Program-made: the position numbers and the translations under genes
Shown: one piece after another, positions 7,537 through 14,404 of the stretch
Layout: every line of letters starts with the position of its first letter
Numbering within the stretch: the stretch's first letter is position 1
Notes under the pieces: model-generated
What the model was told of the DNA's origin: nothing
Database searches by the model: none
Seen by the model: the letters and a program-made list of their open reading frames with translations, nothing else
Virus record (IMG/VR): IMGVR_UViG_3300027899_000061
Coordinates: 1 to 26,335 of that record
Origin: a virus
Taxonomy: Duplodnaviria > Caudoviricetes
DNA: 26,335 bases
Direction: 5' to 3' (one strand)

Positions 7537-7775
7537 TATTCGTCTTCCAACAGATTTAATTTTTCTGCCATTTCAACGCACATACGTCTAATTCCCAACA
7601 CTCGGTCACGGTGACTTAGAATTTCTTCCGTCTCGTTCAGAATGTCTTCGGCAATACGCCAAGCACCCTGTGTAAAATCAATCTCGCCACGACCAGCCTT
7701 GACCCCAATACAAACCGCCTGAGCCAGTAAGTCTTTTAACGAAATCTTGCCGTCAATCATACGATCTTCAATCAT
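7536..7775 (-). CDS. hypothetical protein, 79 aa
   Basis: coupled to neighbours by ATGA/TAATG overlaps. Confidence 0.8.
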   Translation of the reverse strand: MIEDRMIDGKISLKDLLAQAVCIGVKAGRGEIDFTQGAWRIAEDILNETEEILSHRDRVLGIRRMCVEMAEKLNLLEDE

Positions 7776-7975
7776 TCTTCAACTCCATATTCTGCTTTCA
7801 AATCATCCATAGCTTTACGCATACGTTCTTTCACTGGAAGATATTGCACAGGATGAATAGGAATATAGGACCACCCCATACCACCCCATATTTTACTACC
7901 TTCTAGCAATTTGTCAATGTCAGCAAGTAGTTGGAATCTAGGATCAGCCCAGAGTTTCTTAACATGTTCGTTCAT
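7772..7975 (-). CDS. hypothetical protein with MNEH start and YGVEE tail, unrelated core, 67 aa
   Basis: terminal boxes only. Confidence 0.8.
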   Translation of the reverse strand: MNEHVKKLWADPRFQLLADIDKLLEGSKIWGGMGWSYIPIHPVQYLPVKERMRKAMDDLKAEYGVEE

Positions 7976-7986
7976 TATTGATATCC

Positions 7987-8169
7987 TTAAAATACAGAAA
8001 CTGGTGGGATCTTTGAGCTACCACAGCCACAGTTTCTCTTGAGAATATGTTGATACTTTTCTGGGTTATCTTTCATATCCTGAAGACGCTGATAGAATCG
8101 TTCTTCAATCTCTTGATCGATGCAAGAAGTATTGAAGAAGTTGCGAATCTTTTCTAATAGTGTTTTCAT
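7987..8169 (-). CDS. hypothetical protein, 60 aa
   Basis: starts at junction box. Confidence 0.75.
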   Translation of the reverse strand: MKTLLEKIRNFFNTSCIDQEIEERFYQRLQDMKDNPEKYQHILKRNCGCGSSKIPPVSVF

Positions 8170-8357
8170 TCTTCAACTCCGAAATGTTCTAAAATTCCAC
8201 CAGGTCCATCATATGCCAAAGAGGCACACTCTCTGACAATCAACTCGGCGAACTTTTCCAAGGTATCTGTGGACATATGAGATACCGTAAGTTTGAATAA
8301 GTCTGGGGATCGCATACCCGCCTGTTTGGCAAGTTTAAGAATTTGTTTGTTCATCAT
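8166..8357 (-). CDS. MNER-FAELI-HFGVE family paralog, 63 aa
   Basis: central and C-terminal boxes intact, N box diverged; first gene after promoter. Confidence 0.9.
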   Translation of the reverse strand: MMNKQILKLAKQAGMRSPDLFKLTVSHMSTDTLEKFAELIVRECASLAYDGPGGILEHFGVEE

Positions 8358-8385
8358 CTACTCCAGTTTTGTTGCGAATGTAAAT

Positions 8386-8414
8386 ATTATAGCATCCACT
8401 GGATTATCAGTCAA
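8386..8414 (-). promoter_or_regulatory. sigma70-type early promoter heading the 2720-8357 sub-array
   Basis: TTGACT-17nt-TATAAT, then GCAACAA...GGAG. Confidence 0.85.
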
Positions 8415-8462
8415 CCGAAAAATTATGAACTAGTACGCGGATTATTCTGCTGAATTGAATAC

Positions 8463-8615
8463 TCAGCCACTGTTATTATCATCAATTGATGTTTGGTCTG
8501 GCAGATTTTCTTCAACAATTACACCGCCCAAACAAGACTGATAGCATTCAGCAACTGCTCTGACGTAAAATTTTATCATAGCACCATTGGTAGTGGTAAG
8601 TTTATAGACGGTCAT
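8463..8615 (-). CDS. hypothetical protein, 50 aa (MTVYKLTTTNG...)
   Basis: manual translation; ATGA overlap. Confidence 0.65.
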   Translation of the reverse strand: MTVYKLTTTNGAMIKFYVRAVAECYQSCLGGVIVEENLPDQTSIDDNNSG

Positions 8616-8800
8616 GCCGCAAATACCTGATATTCTTCATAGGTAAGGAACAGATCAGTCTGGGGATTTATATATTCACCTTGGCTGGGAGAGTAATATA
8701 AGACCCGATTGCCATCATAAAAAAACGGACCTTCTAGACCTTCACGTGCCTCATAACAAGCACGAAATTCCTGAGATACGTTGATAATTTTGTAACCCAT
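8612..8800 (-). CDS. hypothetical phage protein, 62 aa (GLEGPF...VLYY.P..GEY)
   Basis: downstream of promoter 8839-8867. Confidence 0.8.
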   Translation of the reverse strand: MGYKIINVSQEFRACYEAREGLEGPFFYDGNRVLYYSPSQGEYINPQTDLFLTYEEYQVFAA

Positions 8801-8838
8801 TTTCTGTCCACCTACGAAGATATTTATTGTGAATTTAG

Positions 8839-8867
8839 ATTATACGATTCATCTGAATGAACGTCAA
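8839..8867 (-). promoter_or_regulatory. sigma70-type early promoter
   Basis: TTGACG-17nt-TATAAT. Confidence 0.8.
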
Positions 8868-8873
8868 GCATGT

Positions 8874-9134
8874 TTAGCATGCATTCACATGATCATTGAT
8901 CACACCTTCTTGTGAGATAGACCTAATACGAACTCGCGCGTTAACTGCATGTTCAGCTTCTTCAAAAGTTTCAAAATCTTTGGTTACAGAAAACTGTCCG
9001 TCACATACGTACCGACTAATATACTCCCAGGTGTGACCATACCATCGCTTTACCCGAAAACGAACCTGATACATGACCTTGTTGTTACCGTCCACTTCTT
9101 TGATAATCTGATATCGCATGTTAATATTCCTCAA
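8874..9134 (-). CDS. hypothetical protein, up to 86 aa
   Basis: ORF track; start could be 9119. Confidence 0.75.
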   Translation of the reverse strand: MRNINMRYQIIKEVDGNNKVMYQVRFRVKRWYGHTWEYISRYVCDGQFSVTKDFETFEEAEHAVNARVRIRSISQEGVINDHVNAC

Positions 9135-9495
9135 ACATCTTCTTTTCTAGTTCATGCAACTTGACTCGTGCAGCTTCAATGTTCCTATCGTACAAGTCAC
9201 GCTCGATCATCCGAAAGTCTTGCCTGAATTCACCGAAGATTGCTTCGATCACTTGTCGCTTTGTGCGCTCGATTGCATGCGACAGTGCATTGTCTGACTT
9301 CATCTTGTCTAATTCAGAAACAAAACATTCAGAGCCTATGGTAACTCCAATTCTGTATTGTGTCTCTAGTTGAGCGGGATCAGTTCGGATATCCTCACGG
9401 ACACTGAACACATCTTGCAGTAGTGGACTCAATACGTTAATCATACGTACTCTGTCCATCTTTGTTGCTGTGATTGCTTTTACTACTTGACTCAT
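9121..9495 (-). CDS. hypothetical protein, 124 aa
   Basis: ATGA overlap. Confidence 0.85.
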   Translation of the reverse strand: MSQVVKAITATKMDRVRMINVLSPLLQDVFSVREDIRTDPAQLETQYRIGVTIGSECFVSELDKMKSDNALSHAIERTKRQVIEAIFGEFRQDFRMIERDLYDRNIEAARVKLHELEKKMFEEY

Positions 9496-9674
9496 TTTGA
9501 TGCGTAATCCATTAGATAATTGTAAACTTTTTCTGGCTCTGTCTTCCAGACTTCTTCAGGCGTCTGCATGTCAAACGCTTTGTTTTGACCTGACCACCAT
9601 CGCGGGGCTGCATCTTTACCAATCATCGCAATTAGTAGAGCATGACATCTTCCGAGCATAAGTTGCTCATTCAT
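9492..9674 (-). CDS. 60-aa protein resembling the Xre/MbcA/ParS antitoxin C-terminal domain
   Basis: AxxWWxxxNxAFxxxTPxE pattern; recognition only. Confidence 0.5.
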   Translation of the reverse strand: MNEQLMLGRCHALLIAMIGKDAAPRWWSGQNKAFDMQTPEEVWKTEPEKVYNYLMDYASK

Positions 9675-9828
9675 TAGATTTCTCCATCAAAGTTTGCAGT
9701 GCTTTTGCTGCTTCTTCTAGCAAGTCTGCGATTCGATCTGGCTTGCCTTCCTGTACACTCTTGCGGCTTTGAATCTGTCTGCGAATCTCAGCCCGCTTGA
9801 GGAGTCGATAGATTAGATCCTCTCCCAT
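9667..9828 (-). CDS. hypothetical phage protein, 53 aa (MGEDLIYRLLKRAEIRRQI...DRIADLLEEAA)
   Basis: manual translation; fills the gap. Confidence 0.75.
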   Translation of the reverse strand: MGEDLIYRLLKRAEIRRQIQSRKSVQEGKPDRIADLLEEAAKALQTLMEKSNE

Positions 9829-10028
9829 CACCATTCTTTAGTTCCTCGAACAGGAATTCTAACTATAGCGTCACGCCCATTCATTTCACTCTCGAACTGA
9901 ATGTCGATAGTATACCCAATGCCACTTGAATTATCCTTAATCAAATCAAATGCAGATATTTTATTTTCAAGAACAATCTCTCGAATGGCTGCCAAGTCCA
10001 ATGTGCTTAGTCGCATAATAGTATTCAT
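9828..10028 (-). CDS. hypothetical protein, 66 aa
   Basis: starts at junction box. Confidence 0.8.
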   Translation of the reverse strand: MNTIMRLSTLDLAAIREIVLENKISAFDLIKDNSSGIGYTIDIQFESEMNGRDAIVRIPVRGTKEW

Positions 10029-10144
10029 TCTTTTACTCCAAAATGTTGTTCAATCTGATAAGCAATGTGATTACCTTCATCTGAATCACCGTACTCGTCT
10101 ACAATAGCAATACATTGCTGAACAATCAACTGGGCGAACTTTTC
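10025..10144. repeat. ~120-bp imperfect direct repeat (copy 2 at 10795-10914)
   Basis: ungapped match, offset 770, about 11 mismatches by eye. Confidence 0.9.
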
Positions 10145-10291
10145 CAAGTCAATATTGTATTCTGAATAACGATGGTAGCATTGTTCAGCAAGTTGTTTAA
10201 TTCGTTCATTCATTTTAAGCTCCCAAGAAATGGGAATCACGCAACCTTGGTATTGAACAGTTTGCGAAATTCCGTCTATATTGTGTATCAT
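10025..10291 (-). CDS. mosaic MNER-FAELI-HFGVE paralog with 26-aa leader
   Basis: leader identical to 7019..7327; C-terminal half nearly identical to 10795..10989. Confidence 0.9.
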   Translation of the reverse strand: MIHNIDGISQTVQYQGCVIPISWELKMNERIKQLAEQCYHRYSEYNIDLEKFAQLIVQQCIAIVDEYGDSDEGNHIAYQIEQHFGVKE

Positions 10292-10473
10292 TCTTCAACT
10301 CCGAAATGTTTCTTCAACACATCACCGATAATGTCAACACCATAATCATCTACGTGTACGTCTATACACTCCCGAACAATCAACTCGGCGAACCGTTCTA
10401 GATATTTGTTATGGGCAGCAACATACTGTGTTATCTCAGACTGTTCTGCAAGTTCTTTAAGTCGTTCGTTCAT
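10288..10473 (-). CDS. MNER-FAELI-HFGVE family paralog, 61 aa
   Basis: all three boxes. Confidence 0.9.
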   Translation of the reverse strand: MNERLKELAEQSEITQYVAAHNKYLERFAELIVRECIDVHVDDYGVDIIGDVLKKHFGVEE

Positions 10474-10706
10474 TCTTTAACTCCGAAATATGTTTTAACT
10501 TTTTCACATAATCTCTGGACACGTTCTGCTGCTTGTTTGTCTTTGTTACCAACACAATCTAAATATTCTAGTATCAAAATGTCATCAAATTTCTTAACAA
10601 GCAACTCGGCGAAATCTAGATAATTGTCAGGAAATTTATAACCTCTACCCATGTCTTCGGCTAGTCCAGACTTGACAGCAAGGTCATTGATAATTCGTTC
10701 GTTCAT
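10470..10706 (-). CDS. MNER-FAELI-HFGVE family paralog (diverged), 78 aa
   Basis: MNERI / DFAELLV / YFGVKE. Confidence 0.85.
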   Translation of the reverse strand: MNERIINDLAVKSGLAEDMGRGYKFPDNYLDFAELLVKKFDDILILEYLDCVGNKDKQAAERVQRLCEKVKTYFGVKE

Positions 10707-10798
10707 AGTCCTTGTGCCTTTCTGTTAGGACATGCTTCGCATGGTTGATATAACTGTGTCATTGCACATTCAGCACAACTCATCCAAAAAGTTCTCAT
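10703..10798 (-). CDS. 31-aa CxxC...CxxC microprotein
   Basis: MRTFWMSCAECAMTQLYQPCEACPNRKAQGL; ATGA overlaps at both ends. Confidence 0.7.
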   Translation of the reverse strand: MRTFWMSCAECAMTQLYQPCEACPNRKAQGL

Positions 10799-10989
10799 TC
10801 TTCAACTCCGAAGTGTTGTTCAATTTGATAAGCAATGTGATTACCTTCATCTGAATCACCATACTTGTCTACAATAGCAATGCATTGCTGAACAATCAAC
10901 TCGGAAAACTTTTCAATCCTAGTATCAAATTTTGAGTGATGACTGTCCCAGCCAGCCTGTTCAGCAAGTAGTTTAATTCGTTCGTTCAT
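10795..10989 (-). CDS. MNER-FAELI-HFGVE family paralog, 64 aa
   Basis: all three boxes. Confidence 0.9.
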   Translation of the reverse strand: MNERIKLLAEQAGWDSHHSKFDTRIEKFSELIVQQCIAIVDKYGDSDEGNHIAYQIEQHFGVEE

Positions 10990-10992
10990 TCT

Positions 10993-11148
10993 TCAACTCC
11001 AAGCCAATCTAAACTTACCAAAAATAATTTCATAAATTTTCATACCATCAATTGTAGTAGTGCCAAGCCTGAATAAATGATTTACTTGCTCACCTTTGTG
11101 ACTTTTAGTAAACCACAATCCACTTTTTGAATATTCAAATTTTGTCAT
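10993..11148 (-). CDS. hypothetical protein, 51 aa, ending in the junction box read in a shifted frame
   Basis: MTKFEYSK...RLAWS*; TGG AGT TGA AGA ATG. Confidence 0.75.
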   Translation of the reverse strand: MTKFEYSKSGLWFTKSHKGEQVNHLFRLGTTTIDGMKIYEIIFGKFRLAWS

Positions 11149-11393
11149 TATTCAACTCCGAAATGTTCTTTGATCGCTAAAGCAATATTAGTACCGAATA
11201 GACAGTTTCCTGGTTTATTCATACGACCAGCATGGGCACTTTCATCAAACGCAATGCGTACACATTCTTTAACAATCAACTCGGCGAACTTTTCTTGGAA
11301 GTCGCTAGGTACATGAGTACTAATCCGCCATCCGCCATTTTCAGATGAGAATATCATAGCCTGTTTAGCAAGTTCTAGAATTCGTTCGTTCAT
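11148..11393 (-). CDS. MNER-FAELI-HFGVE family paralog, 81 aa
   Basis: all three boxes. Confidence 0.9.
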   Translation of the reverse strand: MNERILELAKQAMIFSSENGGWRISTHVPSDFQEKFAELIVKECVRIAFDESAHAGRMNKPGNCLFGTNIALAIKEHFGVE

Positions 11394-11869
11394 TCTTCAC
11401 CCACCTGTTCTTCGTAAACTTGAGTTGGAGCGTAGGGAAACGTCACGGGAACTCGAGAACCACGACTAGTGAAGTATGTTTTGTAAGGTTTACCGTCATC
11501 GATATCGGGCGAAGAATACCACTCCCAAAAGATTTTGCCTTCACTATCATATGCACCGGCATCATCTTTGAATACACGACCCAATCGTTTGTTTTGATAG
11601 AGTGTGCCGTTGTTACTGCCGGACACCTCTTTTGCAATCTCCATCCACTCAGAGTCTTCGCCAGTCAGAAAAGTCAGTGGTTCATACTTCAACAACTTTG
11701 ACAGCAAGTTGACAGCATAGTTTGCACTGAATCCACTATGTCCTTCTTTAGAGAATTCATGGATCATATGCAAAATGTGTTTACGCATTGCACCATTCAT
11801 CTCATCACCGTCGTCAACTAGACCTATGATGTCTAATTCAGACTCTGCGAATTTCATCATATTACTCAT
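11390..11869 (-). CDS. hypothetical phage protein, 159 aa (GHSGFSA...PLT.LTGED.EW...YQNKR)
   Basis: AAGGA SD before MSNMM; ends VGEE/ATGA. Confidence 0.85.
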   Translation of the reverse strand: MSNMMKFAESELDIIGLVDDGDEMNGAMRKHILHMIHEFSKEGHSGFSANYAVNLLSKLLKYEPLTFLTGEDSEWMEIAKEVSGSNNGTLYQNKRLGRVFKDDAGAYDSEGKIFWEWYSSPDIDDGKPYKTYFTSRGSRVPVTFPYAPTQVYEEQVGEE

Positions 11870-12104
11870 TGTATTTTCCTTTTTCAATTTCATCAGATGT
11901 ACTTTCAGTTGCCCAGTGTACTACAACCCAATCATCAATGCAATCTTTTTCCGACCAAGTCTTATCATATTCTTCTTGACCGTATTTCTCAATCATCTTT
12001 CCGCGCCAATGTGGGTAATACTGTTTGATAATGTCGTTGTCCGAAAGTGTTTCGTACACGACTTCTCCTTTGTCGCCGGGATAACAAATAGTCCAATACT
12101 GCAT
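11862..12104 (-). CDS. hypothetical protein, 80 aa
   Basis: GAGGA SD; overlaps the next gene. Confidence 0.8.
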   Translation of the reverse strand: MQYWTICYPGDKGEVVYETLSDNDIIKQYYPHWRGKMIEKYGQEEYDKTWSEKDCIDDWVVVHWATESTSDEIEKGKYNE

Positions 12105-12107
12105 GAA

Positions 12108-12265
12108 TTATTCCTCGGTCCAGGGATTTGCCTGATTAGGATTATGAACTTCAGTATTATTGTTGATAGCATCTGAATCACTTTGATCAATGACATAAGA
12201 CAGCAACATGGCCAGAATGATAATCATCAAAAAAATCCAACAGCAAGTGCAACTAGAATTAGCAT
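12108..12265 (-). pseudogene. small membrane protein gene apparently frameshifted in a T7 run
   Basis: MLILVALAVGFF* continues as LMIIILAMLLSYV...PWTEE* if one T is added at 12229-12235. Confidence 0.5.
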
Positions 12266-12299
12266 AAAATGCCCCGTGTTAATTATAAACTATCAATTT

Positions 12300-12503
12300 T
12301 CATCGTGTGATCCCAAAATGTTCAACAACCACATCGTACATACAACGGAATTCGCTGTCATTATTTTCAGCTTGATTAGCCACTCTGGCACATTCTTTGA
12401 TCAGATACTCAGAATATATTTTGATAAAAAGATCCTGATCGTAGTTTCCTAGGTCAGGGTGTGCTACTGCCTGCTGAGCCAGCATTTTAATTACGTTATT
12501 CAT
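12300..12503 (-). CDS. degenerate MNER-family paralog, 67 aa
   Basis: MNNVIKMLAQQA / YSEYLIKEC / EHFGI; DNA boxes eroded. Confidence 0.8.
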   Translation of the reverse strand: MNNVIKMLAQQAVAHPDLGNYDQDLFIKIYSEYLIKECARVANQAENNDSEFRCMYDVVVEHFGITR

Positions 12504-12823
12504 GATGTCACTGTGGTTTGATGCGTTGTAGTAAATACAGATTTTCCGCAGTCTCTGATGGACTTGACCAGTACTTGTGGATCAGTCTGGCTTATTTCCA
12601 ATAATTCAGACAAGCATAGTTCAGAATCAAATAACCAGATTTCGGGACATCTTTGTTGATTGTATATGGCTCTGAGAATGAGTTTATTTCCGGGAAATTT
12701 ATTCTCAGATTCACGGCCCTGCAGAGTACTCCAAGTAATATCCTTTTCAAACTCAGTGCAATCATAGATAGTCTCAAATCCCAGAGAATCAAAGTATGCC
12801 AGGTATGTGTGTGGTATACTCAT
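12500..12823 (-). CDS. hypothetical protein, 107 aa
   Basis: ATGA overlap. Confidence 0.8.
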   Translation of the reverse strand: MSIPHTYLAYFDSLGFETIYDCTEFEKDITWSTLQGRESENKFPGNKLILRAIYNQQRCPEIWLFDSELCLSELLEISQTDPQVLVKSIRDCGKSVFTTTHQTTVTS

Positions 12824-12829
12824 GGTATT

Positions 12830-13393
12830 TTAACTGCCGTTATCCTGCTCTCTACGTTTGCGTCGTGCTTCTGCAAGAATGAATACTTTTTCGTTGTCAT
12901 TGACCCAGTCATCTGGAATAGGCACACCATTGATTGCATGATTTTCTTCACTGTCGTAGGCCCAACCAAGGCCGCGCAGCATCTTGTGTTTGACCAGCAG
13001 ATTGGGTACACGGAAATCTTCCAAATCCTGGAATCCTATCATGACCCCAATCTCACACACTGCACCACTGCGACAGACGCCAGCATGGCAGTGTACTATC
13101 ACATTCATGTCCTGGGCCAGTGCATGTTGCAACAGCTTGACTAATTTAGTAGCCTGATCCTGCGTGATGGCAACTTCACTGACGTCAACGAACTCCCCAC
13201 TGCCAAAGTTGGTTATACCATCTTCTTCAATATCAAGAAAATCAAACTGATGTATTTCCTTGAAATGGGCATATTGTGGGGTTGGGTGGTCTCCGGGCGG
13301 ATCGGAAATCTGAATTAGCATGGAGTTTGCCCCGGGGTCTCGATGCGAGCCACGAGAGACTTCACTCCGTGATAAATTTTGAATCCAGGGCAT
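12830..13393 (-). CDS. protein tyrosine/dual-specificity phosphatase-like protein
   Basis: CX5R loop VHCHAGVCRSG; upstream FxDI acid loop. Confidence 0.85.
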   Translation of the reverse strand: MPWIQNLSRSEVSRGSHRDPGANSMLIQISDPPGDHPTPQYAHFKEIHQFDFLDIEEDGITNFGSGEFVDVSEVAITQDQATKLVKLLQHALAQDMNVIVHCHAGVCRSGAVCEIGVMIGFQDLEDFRVPNLLVKHKMLRGLGWAYDSEENHAINGVPIPDDWVNDNEKVFILAEARRKRREQDNGS

Positions 13394-13416
13394 GCATGGT
13401 CTCCGTTATTTTTAAA

Positions 13417-13740
13417 TCAATTTTCCCAGTAGTAGCCTTCCCAGCAATCCTGTGTGCACTTACGGGAAATACGCTTGACCTCAGCCTGGACCAGGCGATA
13501 GAACTGGTCCCGTGTGAGCCGTCCGTGACGCATGGAAACCAGAGTTTTGGCAGCGTCGGTCACACTTCCAAAGTAGATACCCTCTGCTCGCACAGGCTTG
13601 CGATACAGTCGTTTTCCAGTATCATGCAGCACAGCTGATTCAATTTCCTTGCGATCCACAGTGCCAGCGTGGGCACCAAGCAACAGGGAAATACGATTGG
13701 CGCTGCTGGCCAGAGGGAATACGGTATTTGCTACTTTCAT
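13417..13740 (-). CDS. hypothetical protein, possible NUMOD1-like HTH DNA-binding motif
   Basis: KPVRAEGIYFGSVTDAAKTL; AGGAG SD after promoter. Confidence 0.6.
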   Translation of the reverse strand: MKVANTVFPLASSANRISLLLGAHAGTVDRKEIESAVLHDTGKRLYRKPVRAEGIYFGSVTDAAKTLVSMRHGRLTRDQFYRLVQAEVKRISRKCTQDCWEGYYWEN

Positions 13741-13767
13741 TTACTACTCCTAGTTGGTTGAGATTAA

Positions 13768-13795
13768 ATTATAACGGTGAAAGATATTTTGTCAA
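13768..13795 (-). promoter_or_regulatory. sigma70-type early promoter
   Basis: TTGACA-16nt-TATAAT. Confidence 0.8.
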
Positions 13796-13817
13796 CTAAT
13801 ATTCACTAATTCACTAA

Positions 13818-14039
13818 TTATTTGCAAGGAACGCCGTGACCTTGTGCATCCATTACTTGCACAGGGGATCCACGTGTTCCCTTGATGAACTTGAATCCGC
13901 CCATGCAGCGCTCTTCGGTCCAACCTGTGGCCCACGTCCATGAAGTGTCACCGCTGCCGACCAGGAACCCAAGTCGTAGTAGGATTCCCAATACTACCAC
14001 CACGATCATGATTTCGATAAGTGTAAAACCTTTTTGCAT
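13818..14039 (-). CDS. type IV pilin-like protein with prepilin cleavage/N-methylation motif, 73 aa
   Basis: MQKG/FTLIEIMIVVVVLGIL; two C-terminal-half Cys. Confidence 0.85.
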   Translation of the reverse strand: MQKGFTLIEIMIVVVVLGILLRLGFLVGSGDTSWTWATGWTEERCMGGFKFIKGTRGSPVQVMDAQGHGVPCK

Positions 14040-14047
14040 GATAACCC

Positions 14048-14374
14048 TTAATATTGATTGTAAATGCACATATATTCGACATTGGGGACAACACCAACTG
14101 GACGATACAATTGTTGCTCACCGTCCCACTGATCTTGATCGAACAGCACATCATGCTCAGTGACAACAGTGAAGCGAACTTCCTTGCCAGTGTGATGACT
14201 CTTGACAAAGAACTCGCGAGGCATGCCCATATATTCGCTGGCCAATGTAAGCGCACGACGAGCTTTGTTGTATTCGCACAGTGCAAGACACACTGTAGGG
14301 ATCTTAGTTGCCTCGTCAGTGAGTTGGCGATAACGTGCTGCTTCGTAGCGGCGATCTGTTGCTGTACGGTACAT
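14048..14374 (-). CDS. hypothetical phage protein, 108 aa
   Basis: AAGGAG SD after promoter. Confidence 0.85.
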   Translation of the reverse strand: MYRTATDRRYEAARYRQLTDEATKIPTVCLALCEYNKARRALTLASEYMGMPREFFVKSHHTGKEVRFTVVTEHDVLFDQDQWDGEQQLYRPVGVVPNVEYMCIYNQY

Positions 14375-14404
14375 GTGTCTACTCCTTTGTTACGCTATGA
14401 CTGT

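Larger units (their letters stand above)
2720..12503 (-). repeat. dispersed repeat array: junction box (CATTTCGGAGTTGAAGAATGAACGAACGAATTAAAGAACTT) and central box (GAAAAGTTCGCCGAGTTGATTGT) separated by variable in-frame segments
   Basis: central box in 13 genes; whole or half junction boxes at about 20 gene boundaries. Confidence 0.95.

Noticed and set aside
10025-10914. Diversity-generating retroelement TR/VR pair
   Set aside because: Mismatches are not confined to adenines of one copy and are mostly silent; no reverse transcriptase in the window; other variable segments differ in length.
2720-11400. CRISPR array interpretation of the repeat/variable pattern
   Set aside because: Two alternating degenerate repeats, spacers of widely varying length that keep reading frame, repeats encode SD/start/stop, and no cas genes.
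13795-13820. Short tandem ACTAAT repeats
   Set aside because: Three short AT-rich units upstream of a -35 box; too small to support a function beyond a possible UP element.
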